A stretch of DNA of 64,000 bases from an uncultured delta proteobacterium (GCA_963789395.1 CAWBKP010000024.1:320001-384000), one strand, 5' to 3'. Shown: positions 42,310-53,050, numbered from the stretch's first letter. Numbers and translations are program-made. The notes: generated from the sequence alone by a model not told the origin.

Positions 42310-45300
42310 TGGCAAAAAGGCTGACGAAAGAAGTCCGGTATATCAGTCTTCCCGAAAAACGGATTCATGAAATCCGGCGACTTGTGGATTCTTGGCCGTT
42401 TGAAACCAAGGCTTTCATGCGCTCGCGTCTGAATCAGTACAGCCCGCCGTCGGACTGGCTCAATACCCTGCTGGAAAATTTTCTCTCGTTCTTTTTTACT
42501 GCCTCGGAAAAGCGTTTTGTGATTCTGAAAGATCCGGAGATTCTGACCGACTGGCAGCGACGTTTTGAAATTTCCGGCAAAACAAACCCGCAGCAGGGCT
42601 GGAACAAGATTCTGGAAAAAGAAGTATCGGCAAAGGACTACACCTATCTGCTGTCGCTTCTGGACAAGGATCTCAGTGACGTCCACGTCCCTGTGGAGTT
42701 GACATCGCTGTTTGATAAAATCTATCGAGCGCATATTCGAAAAGAATATATCTCTGATCCATCCATTCCCAAGGCGCCCCTGATCCTGTTTATCGGCCCG
42801 AGTGGCAGCGGCAAGACGTCTACTGTCCGCCAGACACTGGAGCAGGTTATTTTTGTCAACGAGGTGCGGCCAGAGGTGGATCTGGAACAGAAAAAAGAAG
42901 AAAATCTTGCCGGAGAACCTTTCTGGAAAACGATTGACCAGGTGGATCCAACCCTGGCTGCGGAAATTTCCAGACGGAAAAAAGTGGCGTATTACAAGTT
43001 TCTGTCCAGAGTGCCCGGAATCAGACGCCTGTTGAAACCCCAGATTGGAAAAAATCTTTCCCAGCTTGAAGAGCAGGGGATTTTGGTCGATTACACCATG
43101 ATCACGCCGAACGATTATCAGACGTCTCTTGCTGGAGAGCCCGGCAATTATTTCAAGAAAGCGCTGGGTGATCCCCGAAAAATCACCATCCGTCATGTCG
43201 AAGAGGCGCATAGTGCTTTTGGAAAAACCGAAGGCAAGGACAGTGGACCCGATCGTCAGCAGCGGACGCTGATCGATACCGCCAACATCGTAATTGATGA
43301 AATCATCAATGGCAGGAGAGACTGTTTGCTGATCGCAACGACGGATCAGCCCGAACGGTTTGACCAGACGATTTACCGGCGTTTTGTGGAAAAAGGAAAG
43401 ATACTGGATCTGTCGGAATTCTGGAAAAACCCGGAAAACCTGACTGAAATCATTCGCCTGGAACTGATGCGTAACGATATTGTGGTTACGGATACTCCTG
43501 ATGAGATCTGTCTGCATAATGCCCGGTGCCTTCCCCCGTCTCAGCTGCAATCGGCCGTGGATAGGATCTATGCCATTTTTCGGGAAAGAACCCTGAAAAT
43601 CACCCCGGCCTATGTTCGAAAGCTGGTTCATTCCATCATTGAAATCCAGGGGGGCTTTTCGTCTGCCTACCTTGAAAACTCCCTTCTGGTTAGAAAAGCC
43701 TTTGAACTGGTCGCCAGAAACGCTTTTGGCGATTTATTTGAAAAAGTCGTTGACCGAATGGACCGTAATGTTCACTGGGATGATTATGTGGGAAAAATTA
43801 AAGACGTTTTTTCGGAAATGGCCAATAATTGTCTTTACTACAACGTCAGCGACGAGAAGGGCGTGGTATTGAATGGCCCGCCGGGAAGCGGCAAAACCTT
43901 TCTCATCAGAGCATGGCTCAGCGATAACAGCGATATTCACGATATTGCCACAAGCGCTTCCGCGCTTCAGGACCCGGTTAATCCATGGGAAGGTGCGGTT
44001 GAGAACCTGGAGAAAGTCTATGACATCGCCAAAATGATCGCCCCGTCCCTGGTTTTTTTTGATGAAGGGGATTCCCTTGCACCGCGGCGCAGTGCTTCCG
44101 GCGGTTCTCCATCCGATAAACTGACCAATAAATTTTTGAATTTAATCGACGGCGAGATCCCGCTCAACCAAGTATTCACGGTTCTAACCACCAACCGGCT
44201 CGATATTCTGGATCCGGCGCTGATCCGGTCCAAACGGCTGAAAGTTCAGGAAATATCGGGACACTTGCGGATGAAGGATATTTCAGAGATCGTCCGGCAG
44301 ACATTGCAGGACATTCCGCTTGCTCCTGATCTCTCTATAGAAACCATTGTGGAATCCGCCAAGGGGCTGTGCAACACACCGGCGGATTATTCCGCATTTG
44401 TGGAAAAGGCCCGTTCGCTTCGAAGCACGGAATATGAAGTATTGATGCGGATTCGAGATCTTGCCCATGCGTCAAGCGCTATCCGTGATAAATTTGTAAA
44501 ATTCAATTTTAAAACCCTGATGGGGATACTAGAAGCCGTGGATGCTCCGCCGTCACTTCGTTCCGCAGTTCATGGAGACCCGATAGCTTTTTTGTCCCGT
44601 TACGGCGATGTGATTGAATTGCTTAAACCGGTTGCAAGCTTGGACGGCTACCCCCTCATGTATTCCCATTTGAATTCCGCGCGACAGGAAATTTCTCACA
44701 GTCCGGTGAAAATCGGCAAAATGCAGCTTGATGAATTCCTGGAGGCCGAACTCAGCCAGGAACCCCAGGTTGGGTTTATTATCGGCGTGGGCGCAAACGA
44801 TGTGTCCGGCGTGCTGCTTCCCATTGCCACCAGCCTGACATACAGCCTGTCAGCTGAAAAAGTCCTGGTAACCGGGGCCGTGTCATCCGGATCCGCGGCA
44901 ACAGCCGAACTCGACATGGCGGTTCAGATGACCCAGCAATCGGCTCAGGAAGCGCTGACCATGGTGAAAAACTATCTTCAGGAATTAAACCCCAAAGTCA
45001 GCATTCCCAAATTATTGGGAGAGTTTCTGGACCGGTATACTATCCACCATCAGCTGCTTTCCGCATCCTACAACGTCGGCGGTCCGTCCGCTGGCTATGC
45101 GTTGGCGCTGAACACCCTGTCTGCGCTGCTTCAGATCCCCATTTATCATGATTTCGGGATTACCGGGGCGCCCTGGACAAAGGGGGTAAAAAAAGGAGAG
45201 GTAGGCGGTTCTGTCATTATCGGCGGGCATAAGAAAAAAACTGAAAAAGTTCTCCAGTATCTGCGCAGAATGTACATGCCATTGCAGAATTATAAAGACC

Positions 45301-45737
45301 TGGAAGAAGAATTTCTGCTGAATTACTGGGAACAGGGAAAAGACATTCTTGGGATTTCTAATTTTGGGGAACTGGTTCCGGAAGTCATCTCCCTGGGCCC
45401 GGCTTATGAGACAATGCTGAAGGAACTGATTGTCACGCGGATCGACTACAAGCTGAAAAAAGCCAAAGGCGATGCTGCCTATGATATCCATAAAGAAAAA
45501 ATCCTGAAAACCAAGAAACTTCTAAAAGATCAGCTCGAGACCCGAATTGTGGATCGACTTGTTGCCATTCGAAAATATCTTAGAAATCCTGTCAGCGATC
45601 CCCATCTGTCGCTGGAGGAAATTTTTCTTGATCAAGGAAAATCCAAATTTATCGGCTTTTCACCGATCCTCAATATGCTGAATAATCAGAAAAAATGGAT
45701 TGCCCGTTGGTCCGTAAAGGGGCGAAAACCCGAATGA
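42309..45737 (+). CDS. Tandem AAA+ ATPase fused to C-terminal Lon-type (S16) protease domain
   Basis: Walker A GPSGSGKT and GPPGSGKT; Walker B RHVEE and VFFDE; SRH motifs ATTDQPERFDQTIYRRF and TTNRLDILDPALIRSKRL; Lon-like GGPSAG...ITG...IGGHKKK. Confidence 0.85.
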   Translation: MAKRLTKEVRYISLPEKRIHEIRRLVDSWPFETKAFMRSRLNQYSPPSDWLNTLLENFLSFFFTASEKRFVILKDPEILTDWQRRFEISGKTNPQQGWNKILEKEVSAKDYTYLLSLLDKDLSDVHVPVELTSLFDKIYRAHIRKEYISDPSIPKAPLILFIGPSGSGKTSTVRQTLEQVIFVNEVRPEVDLEQKKEENLAGEPFWKTIDQVDPTLAAEISRRKKVAYYKFLSRVPGIRRLLKPQIGKNLSQLEEQGILVDYTMITPNDYQTSLAGEPGNYFKKALGDPRKITIRHVEEAHSAFGKTEGKDSGPDRQQRTLIDTANIVIDEIINGRRDCLLIATTDQPERFDQTIYRRFVEKGKILDLSEFWKNPENLTEIIRLELMRNDIVVTDTPDEICLHNARCLPPSQLQSAVDRIYAIFRERTLKITPAYVRKLVHSIIEIQGGFSSAYLENSLLVRKAFELVARNAFGDLFEKVVDRMDRNVHWDDYVGKIKDVFSEMANNCLYYNVSDEKGVVLNGPPGSGKTFLIRAWLSDNSDIHDIATSASALQDPVNPWEGAVENLEKVYDIAKMIAPSLVFFDEGDSLAPRRSASGGSPSDKLTNKFLNLIDGEIPLNQVFTVLTTNRLDILDPALIRSKRLKVQEISGHLRMKDISEIVRQTLQDIPLAPDLSIETIVESAKGLCNTPADYSAFVEKARSLRSTEYEVLMRIRDLAHASSAIRDKFVKFNFKTLMGILEAVDAPPSLRSAVHGDPIAFLSRYGDVIELLKPVASLDGYPLMYSHLNSARQEISHSPVKIGKMQLDEFLEAELSQEPQVGFIIGVGANDVSGVLLPIATSLTYSLSAEKVLVTGAVSSGSAATAELDMAVQMTQQSAQEALTMVKNYLQELNPKVSIPKLLGEFLDRYTIHHQLLSASYNVGGPSAGYALALNTLSALLQIPIYHDFGITGAPWTKGVKKGEVGGSVIIGGHKKKTEKVLQYLRRMYMPLQNYKDLEEEFLLNYWEQGKDILGISNFGELVPEVISLGPAYETMLKELIVTRIDYKLKKAKGDAAYDIHKEKILKTKKLLKDQLETRIVDRLVAIRKYLRNPVSDPHLSLEEIFLDQGKSKFIGFSPILNMLNNQKKWIARWSVKGRKPE

Positions 45738-45742
45738 TAGCC

Positions 45743-47021
45743 ATGAGAGTAAACAAGCCTGAAATCAAGCCGATCATTGTTTTATGCTTCGGGGTGATAT
45801 TTCTTGCCCATCATGTTCTCGACGGGGTGTGACACGCCCAAATCCCGTTTCGAGTGTTCCGATGCGATTGGATGTGTTGATGTGGCGCCCGGTGAGTCCA
45901 TTAAAATCGGTGTCCTACAGGCTTTGTCGGGAAAGGTTGCGCCTCTGGGGCTTGAGCAGGTTCGGGGAATCGACCTTGCTGTTGACAAGCGACATGGAAA
46001 AATTTTGGGGCATTCCATTTTGCTTCAGACAGAGGATTCGGGCTGTACCGGAGAAGGCGGCGCCAACGCGTCACTTAGAATTATAGCGGACCCACAGACC
46101 GTGGCCATTTTAGGAACAACCTGTTCAGGAGCAGCCGCAACAGCATCAAAAATCATCTCTGATGCGGGGCTCACCATGATTTCCGGCAGCAACAGCGCGC
46201 CGAGTCTGACCGCTTTTGCCGGTAAGCTTGCCCCCAACTGGCAGCCGGGTTTTTTCCGGACATCTGCCAATGAGGAGGCCGCCGGTAAAGCCGCAGCCGA
46301 GTATGCCTTTTATGAACTCGGTGTTCGAAAAGCCGCCACAATTCATGACGGGGATATCTACACATCGGGGCTGACAGATGGATTTGGAGAGAGATTTAAA
46401 CAGCTTGGGGGGAAAATCGTTTTGTCCACCATGATTAACAAGGGAGATGAAAAGATGCAACCGGTTCTGGATGCTGTCATCAATTTCAGAGCGCAGCTCT
46501 TGTTTTTCCCCCTGTTTCAGCCGGAGGCCAATCATGTCCTCTTACAAGCCAGAAAAATACCCGCTTTTGAAAAAATCATTCTGATGAGCGCCGGAGCGTT
46601 GATAGAAAGCTCATTTATCGAAGCGGTCAAAGATGCAGGAAAAGGCTTGTATTTTATTGCGCCTTTTCGTCCCGGCGGCCCTGGCGTTGACGCTCTGGAA
46701 AGGGATTATAAAGCCAAATATAACGTATCACCTTCTGCCAGTTATTATCTCAGTGCCTATGATGCCGCCTGTCTGCTGATGGCGACCATTGAAAAGGTTG
46801 CGGTAAAAGAGCCCGGCGGAGCCCTGCATATCGGTCGCCAGGCCCTTCGAAACGCCCTGTATGCAACCAGCGAATTCCAGGGGGTCAGCGACAGGTTATC
46901 CTGTGATAAATTCGGCGATTGCGCCATTCCCATCTTCAATATCCTGCGCCTGGATGATCCGGCAGCCGGACTTAAGGGACTGCAGTCCAACGTGCTTTTT
47001 TCCTATGCCTACGAAAAATAG
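45743..47021 (+). CDS. LivJ/LivK-like periplasmic substrate-binding lipoprotein (probable frameshift ~45807)
   Basis: Lipobox-like STGC, IKIGVLQALSG, EDSGC, ILGTTCSG, AYDAA. Confidence 0.88.
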
Positions 47022-47067
47022 ATACTTATGAATCCTTGGAAATATTATTTCGCAATCTCTGGAAGGG

Positions 47068-49734
47068 ATGAGCATCTCGACCCGCTTTAGTTTTGGAATC
47101 GCGCTGCTGTTGTCGCTCTTTGTGACGGTTTCTGCAACCAGTTATCTCTCCATGGAATTTGTCATCGATGCCCAAAAAACCATTCAGACCAGCACAGAGA
47201 TACAGCGCTTGGTGCTGGAAATGCATCGGGGAATGGAGAAAGCCCGCCGCCTTCATGGGGACTTTCTGCTGCGATATCCTGAAATCGGGCTGGAAAATGC
47301 CTATGAACAATATGCACAACCGGCTGCAATTCAGATCGCACAGGTTGTTACCGTAAACAATGCGTTGAAGCATCTGATTGACCAGTCAAAAGTCAGCGAC
47401 CCCCTTCGAAAAGCCCGGGTGGATCTGAATTTATTTCTCTCTTCCGCAAAACGATTTGCCGAAACATCTGTTCAGTCCGTTGAAATGGTAAAAGAACTGG
47501 CTGCTCCGGAGACAGGACTGGATGTGCAGCTCGAGGAAAATTTTGCGGCCCTGAAGCACGAAACAGATAATTTCGATAGCCTTTCCAGACTGTATGGCGA
47601 AATGAAATCATTTGCCCAGGATTACCGGATCAGCCGAAAACGCTATCTCATGCAGTCTGCTTTTAACACGGCTTTCAGGTTGCGCAAGGAAATCGACAAT
47701 TCCCCTGTCATTGGCCCTGTGCAGAGCAAAAAAATCAATCTGCTCATTGACCGGTGTATTGCCACTGCCCATAAAATTCTTGAAATTGATGTGGGTATCA
47801 AGGCAAAATTCAACGATTTTGCCTTGCAGGCAGAGGCGGTTGATGCGGTTTTGAAATCCCTGGGGCATCTGACAGCAGAGGAAGTCAGGCAGGCACAGAC
47901 AAGCATCCTCCATGCGCGCAGACTGGCTCTGATTCTCATGGCGGTTATCACCCTTGCCGGTTTGATGGCGGCGATGATCATTGCCAATGGGCTGAATAAT
48001 CGCATCACGCGAAGGGTGGTCAATCTGATCAGCTCCGCAAAAGCGCTCAGAGAAGGCAATCTGGATGTTTTTGCCAGGGAAGAAGGCGGTGACGAACTGA
48101 GCCGTCTGGCTTACACATTCAATGTCATGTCCGCTCGCATCCGAAAACTCATCGACAACCTGGAACTGAAAGTCAGGGAACGCACCGCTGAACTGTCTGA
48201 GAGTGAACGGCGTTTCCGCCAGCTTTTTGAACATTCCAGCAGTGGGGTTGCCGTATACGAGGCCATTGATAACGGAAATGACTTTGTCTTCAGGGATATC
48301 AACAAGGCTGTGGAAAACATCGAAGGCGTTAACCGTCTGGATATCATCGGCAAAAAGGTCACCGAGGTATTTCCCGGAGTTGTCGAATTTGGTCTGCTCG
48401 CAGTCTTCCGTCATGTCTGGCAGACGGGCCTGTCCGCCAGCCATCCGGTCAATTTTTATTCGGACGGACGATTGGAAGGCTGGCGTGAAAATGCGGTTTA
48501 TAAACTGCCATCCGGGGAAATTGTTGCGGTATATGATGACTTAACAGCCTGGAAACAGGCGGAGATCGAAAGAAAAGCCATGGAAGCCAAGCTGCAGCGA
48601 TCACAGAAAATGGAGAGCATCGGGCTTCTTGCAGGCGGTGTCGCGCATGATCTCAATAACATCCTCTCCGGGATTATCAACTATCCGGAACTGCTTCTCA
48701 TGCAGATACCCAAGGACAGCGAGATGCGAAAACTCGTCCTGGCCATGCATGAATCCGGCCAGCGGGCTGTTGCTGTGGTTGCCGATCTGCTTACGGTCGC
48801 CAGAGGCGTTGCCTGTGTGAAAGAACCGGCCGCCTTGAATCACCTGGTCATGGAATATATGGATTCTCCGGAATACCGCAGACTTAAATCTTTGCATGCG
48901 AACATCACCTGCACAACAAAACTTGACCCTCTACTGAAAAATATTCATTGTTCTCCGGTTCATATCAAAAAATGCATCATGAATCTGGTGACAAACGCCA
49001 TGGAGGCCATTGATGAAACAGGCCACGTACTGATTTCTACACGAAATCAGTACGTGGATGAAACGATTGCATTAAAAGACGGCATACGTGCCGGAGACTA
49101 TGCGATTTTGTCGATAACCGACACCGGGAACGGCATTTCGGAAAAGGATTTAGAGCATATCTTTGAACCCTTCTATACCAAGAAAGTCATGGGGGCCAGC
49201 GGGACGGGTCTGGGGCTGGCGGTTGTCTGGAGCAGCGTCCTGGATCATGACGGTACGATTCAGGTTGAAAGCAGCGACAGGGGAACTTCTTTTAATCTTT
49301 ATTTTCCGGTGTCTGAAAATGAGGTGGCCACAAAGGGAACACCGTCAGGAATTGAAGCGCTGAAAGGCTGCGGGGAAACGATCCTGGTTGTTGATGATGA
49401 GCCGATGCTTCGTGACGTTGCCAGTCGTTTTTTAAAGGTTCTTGGTTATGATCCCGTATGCGTGGACTCCGGTGAAAGTGCTGTCGCTTATCTAAAGGAA
49501 AACCGCGTTGACATGGTCCTGCTGGACATGTTGATGGATTCGGGAATTAACGGGCGGCAAACTTATGAGCACATCATCCGGATCCATCCGGATCAGAAGG
49601 CTATCATCGCAAGCGGATTTTCTGAAAGCGAGGATGTGAAAATGCTACTGAAACAGGGCGCTCGAGGATTCATCAAAAAACCGTATTCCATCGAGCAGCT
49701 TGCAAATGCCATGAAGAATGGTCTGGGCAGGTGA
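47068..49734 (+). CDS. Hybrid sensor histidine kinase (periplasmic helical sensor-HAMP-PAS-HisKA-HATPase-REC)
   Basis: DELSRLAYTFN, LAGGVAHDLNN, NLVTNA, DTGNG, FEPFYTKK..GTGLGL, LVVDDE..LLDM..KKPY. Confidence 0.93.
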   Translation: MSISTRFSFGIALLLSLFVTVSATSYLSMEFVIDAQKTIQTSTEIQRLVLEMHRGMEKARRLHGDFLLRYPEIGLENAYEQYAQPAAIQIAQVVTVNNALKHLIDQSKVSDPLRKARVDLNLFLSSAKRFAETSVQSVEMVKELAAPETGLDVQLEENFAALKHETDNFDSLSRLYGEMKSFAQDYRISRKRYLMQSAFNTAFRLRKEIDNSPVIGPVQSKKINLLIDRCIATAHKILEIDVGIKAKFNDFALQAEAVDAVLKSLGHLTAEEVRQAQTSILHARRLALILMAVITLAGLMAAMIIANGLNNRITRRVVNLISSAKALREGNLDVFAREEGGDELSRLAYTFNVMSARIRKLIDNLELKVRERTAELSESERRFRQLFEHSSSGVAVYEAIDNGNDFVFRDINKAVENIEGVNRLDIIGKKVTEVFPGVVEFGLLAVFRHVWQTGLSASHPVNFYSDGRLEGWRENAVYKLPSGEIVAVYDDLTAWKQAEIERKAMEAKLQRSQKMESIGLLAGGVAHDLNNILSGIINYPELLLMQIPKDSEMRKLVLAMHESGQRAVAVVADLLTVARGVACVKEPAALNHLVMEYMDSPEYRRLKSLHANITCTTKLDPLLKNIHCSPVHIKKCIMNLVTNAMEAIDETGHVLISTRNQYVDETIALKDGIRAGDYAILSITDTGNGISEKDLEHIFEPFYTKKVMGASGTGLGLAVVWSSVLDHDGTIQVESSDRGTSFNLYFPVSENEVATKGTPSGIEALKGCGETILVVDDEPMLRDVASRFLKVLGYDPVCVDSGESAVAYLKENRVDMVLLDMLMDSGINGRQTYEHIIRIHPDQKAIIASGFSESEDVKMLLKQGARGFIKKPYSIEQLANAMKNGLGR

Positions 49735-49774
49735 TCCCCTGCAGGCGGTTATTTTTTAAATTCACGCGATCACG

Positions 49775-51000
49775 TCATTCTGACTGAATAATGTGCTCCA
49801 GACTGCCCGGAAGACCCGACGGACTGCCTTTAACTGCAATCCAGGAAGCGGGCATTCCAGGGATCAGGACGCCCATATCCGATATCCCCAAAAGTCCTGC
49901 TCCGGTCATTGTGGCGCACTGCACCGCCTCCGAAAGGGTATAGCCGGCCTCCAGAAGGAGGCCGAGCTCTTCCCTGACGGCATCCCCGTGATGAACGCCA
50001 AGACTGCCGGCATCCGTTCCCAATGCAACCGGAACTCCCAGGTCCCTGGCCATCCGAATCTGATCCAGCTGATGGGTGAGATTACGCCGGGCAGTGTCTG
50101 CTTCCCGGCTTGAAGGCGGCAGATGGGCGGCATAGGCCCCCATGGTAAAGGCTGTCGGCACCCAGACGGTCTGTCTGTCCCGCATTCTCGGCCAGGTTTT
50201 CTGCTCCCATGAAAAAACCATGCTCAATGGAATGACATCCGGCCTAACGGCAATTTGTACCGGCAGCACGCCATTGGCGTGAACCATCACGCGAAGCTGC
50301 TTTCGCCCGGCTTCGCCGACGGCCTGGGTCAACTCCTCCAGAGAAAACTGGGGCAGGGTTTCTTTTCCATAACAGATCAGGCTGTTGACTCCCGAATTGA
50401 CCACCTTGATGTGATCGGGACGGAAATATTCCGGTAGAGTAGCTTCGCGCCGAATGGCATCCGATAGTGTTTCTCCGGTAGCCGGCGATCGGCCTATCAG
50501 TTTTCCATATCTTCCGCGCTGATGCCAGGCTTTTCCGGCAACCTTGATATGAAGGGTCATGGGCCGGTGACTGGCAGCGGAACCGCGCGGGCTTTCATTT
50601 CCGTCATGCGATTTTCGACAGGCTTGTTGGTACTGCTGAACCAGTCCTTTGCCGTCACCGCCGTCTCTTACCGCCCCGACACCGCTGGTAGTGTGTCTGG
50701 CGATATGGTCTGTAATGACGTCTTTCAGTTCATCATATCCTGCTTCAAGCTGTCGTTTCCTGGCGGCGATGTCATCGGTTCCGGACATGAAAAGATGCAC
50801 ATGGCAATCCACCAGTCTGGGAAGCAGCGTATATTCCGATAGATCCAGAAAAGAGGGGGAAGTTATACACAGCGCCTTTTGGGGCCGGTTTGATGGATCG
50901 GATGGCATGCTGCTTGAATGTGTATCAGCACATCTTCTTGAACGGGGCCTCCGCTGCCGTCAATCAACCAGCCGGCATGAACACATGAGTTTGTTAACAT
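49775..51000 (-). CDS. Amidohydrolase family protein (frameshift ~50905 plus compensating pair ~50180-50250)
   Basis: AGWLIDGSG N-terminus, LVDCHVHL, VMVHANG, LGTDAG; SIEHGFF motif lies in another frame. Confidence 0.85.
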
Positions 51001-51112
51001 GTTCGATGATGATGAATAGGGTAAATATTTAAATAAAGGCGACACAGTCCCGGTGTTTGGCCTGCTCAAAATCAGTTCACGGGAATTCGGTAAAAATGGC
51101 TGTTTCTTTTAC

Positions 51113-51141
51113 TTGACACATCCTCCTTATATCACTATATC
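51113..51141 (+). promoter_or_regulatory. Putative sigma70 promoter of minCDE
   Basis: TTGACA-17 nt-TATATC. Confidence 0.45.
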
Positions 51142-51266
51142 TTCAGAAAAAAAATAATTAGGTGCATCACTTCCAGGGCAGGGCGGGAAGTAACCGCCTT
51201 TACTGCCGCTGAAAATCAATGCGGAAGAATTAATATGTGGCCTTGCTTTTGGATTATAACAGCGGA

Positions 51267-51959
51267 ATGGATACACAGAATCAGGATAAATCGCAAGTAC
51301 GCTTGAAAGGGGTGAAAGACGGTTTTCTGGTCACTCTGGATCCAACCTTGCCGAATGATTTTATTGAAGAAGAACTGACGCGTCTTTTTAACCAGCTTCA
51401 GCATCTTGCAAACAATTCCCGGGTGATTCTGGATATCGGAGAGTCGAAAGATCACCCGCAAATCGTTGAAAGTCTGGCGGTATTCTTAAAAAACAAATAC
51501 AATGTTAAATCCGTATCAGCGCCTCAGCGGGAACATGAGATAATGGAGGACAAGCCTCGAAAGCTGGATATGTCCAATGCCTGGCGGCAACACCACACCG
51601 ATGCATTAATCATTGCCGGAAGGGTGCGGTCCGGTCAAAAGATCAATGCCAAAAAACATCTGGTTATTCTGGGGGATGTGAATCCGGGCAGTGAGATTAT
51701 TGCCGGAGGTGATATTCTGATCATGGGCAATCTTGGCGGTACCGCCCTTGCCGGCCAGCCGGACAACGAATCAGCCATTATACTGGCCATCGGTTTCAAG
51801 CCTATTCAGATCCAGATCGGAGGCATCATTGCCGCAGGACTGCCGACTTCCTCCGCCCATGCCATTGAATTTGCCCATGTTGAAAACGGGGGCATTGTTG
51901 TGGAAGACTATATCAAAGCAAATCCATTCGGACGGCTTACGTGGCCGGTGATTCGTTAA
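51267..51959 (+). CDS. minC: Septum site-determining protein MinC
   Basis: VRLKG, VRSGQ..GDVNPGSEIIAGG; upstream of minD. Confidence 0.92.
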   Translation: MDTQNQDKSQVRLKGVKDGFLVTLDPTLPNDFIEEELTRLFNQLQHLANNSRVILDIGESKDHPQIVESLAVFLKNKYNVKSVSAPQREHEIMEDKPRKLDMSNAWRQHHTDALIIAGRVRSGQKINAKKHLVILGDVNPGSEIIAGGDILIMGNLGGTALAGQPDNESAIILAIGFKPIQIQIGGIIAAGLPTSSAHAIEFAHVENGGIVVEDYIKANPFGRLTWPVIR

Positions 51960-51970
51960 AGAGGTGTTCA

Positions 51971-52771
51971 TTGGAAGGTAAAATAATCGTCATAACGTCT
52001 GGCAAAGGTGGCGTTGGCAAAACGACTGCAACCGCCTCTATCGGCGCGGCCCTGGCTTTGGAAGGCAAGCAGGTTGCCGTGGTGGATATGGATATCGGAC
52101 TGCGGAACCTGGATGTGGTGATGGGTCTTGAAAATCGCATCGTGTTTAATGTCGTAGATGCGGTCAAAGGAAAATGTAAAATCAAACAGGCGGCCATTAA
52201 GGATCGGCGGATTGAAAACCTGTATCTGATTCCCGCATCCCAAAGTGACAACAAAGATGTCCTGACCCCGGATGCAATGGTTCGCTTCTGCAAGGAGCTT
52301 CGAAAAGAATTTGATTTTGTGCTGCTGGACTGTCCTGCAGGCATTGAAAGGGGTTTTGAAAATTCCGTTGCGCCAGCGGATGAGGCAGTGGTGATCTGCA
52401 CGCCTGAAATTTCTTCCATCCGTGATGCCGACAGGGTAATCGGATTGTTATATGCGCGCTCCATTACGCCGAAACTGATTGTCAACCGTATTGTTCCTGA
52501 AATGGTTGAAAGCGGGGATATGCTCAGTCATGAGGATGTGGTGGAAGTTCTGTCTATCGAACTTCTGGGCTTGGTTCAGATGGACAGCCAGGTTGTCATT
52601 TCGACCAATACGGGAATTCCCCTGGTTATGCAGAAAGAGTCAAACGCCGGCCAGGCATTCCGGCGCATTGCCATGCGACTGAATGGGCAAAAAAATCTTC
52701 CCATAGAAATTCCGCAAACTCCCAAGTCCTTCTGGAAACGGGTCGGCCAGAAAATCGGCATCGGTAAATAA
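51971..52771 (+). CDS. minD: Septum site-determining ATPase MinD
   Basis: SGKGGVGKTT, DIGLRNLDVVMGLENR, DCPAGIERGF, amphipathic C-terminus; TTG start. Confidence 0.97.
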   Translation: MEGKIIVITSGKGGVGKTTATASIGAALALEGKQVAVVDMDIGLRNLDVVMGLENRIVFNVVDAVKGKCKIKQAAIKDRRIENLYLIPASQSDNKDVLTPDAMVRFCKELRKEFDFVLLDCPAGIERGFENSVAPADEAVVICTPEISSIRDADRVIGLLYARSITPKLIVNRIVPEMVESGDMLSHEDVVEVLSIELLGLVQMDSQVVISTNTGIPLVMQKESNAGQAFRRIAMRLNGQKNLPIEIPQTPKSFWKRVGQKIGIGK

Positions 52772-52780
52772 GGTGATTCT

Positions 52781-53050
52781 ATGCTTCATGGATGGTTGAA
52801 AAAGCTGATGCGCAAAGGTGACAGCAAGGATGTTGCCAAAAAGCGGCTTCAGTTTGCACTGATATATGACAAGCTGGAAGTGTCCGACGACATTCTGATA
52901 AACCTGCATCAGGATATCGTGGATGTCATTTCCCGATATTTTGAAATCGACAAGGAAACCCTTAAACTGGATATTCGAAAATCAGAAGGTAAATCCGCCC
53001 TGGTTGTCAATACGCCGATATTGTCCGCCAAACGGCCGCATCCGGCCTGA
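52781..53050 (+). CDS. minE: Cell division topological specificity factor MinE
   Basis: SKDVAKKRLQFALIYD, VISRY, LVVNTPI. Confidence 0.95.
   Translation: MLHGWLKKLMRKGDSKDVAKKRLQFALIYDKLEVSDDILINLHQDIVDVISRYFEIDKETLKLDIRKSEGKSALVVNTPILSAKRPHPA

Noticed and set aside
42294..43631. 445-aa antisense ORF (similar long antisense ORFs at 2333-3067, 29951-30814, 32827-33807, 38353-39117)
   Set aside because: Shadow frames of well-supported genes; no motifs recognised.
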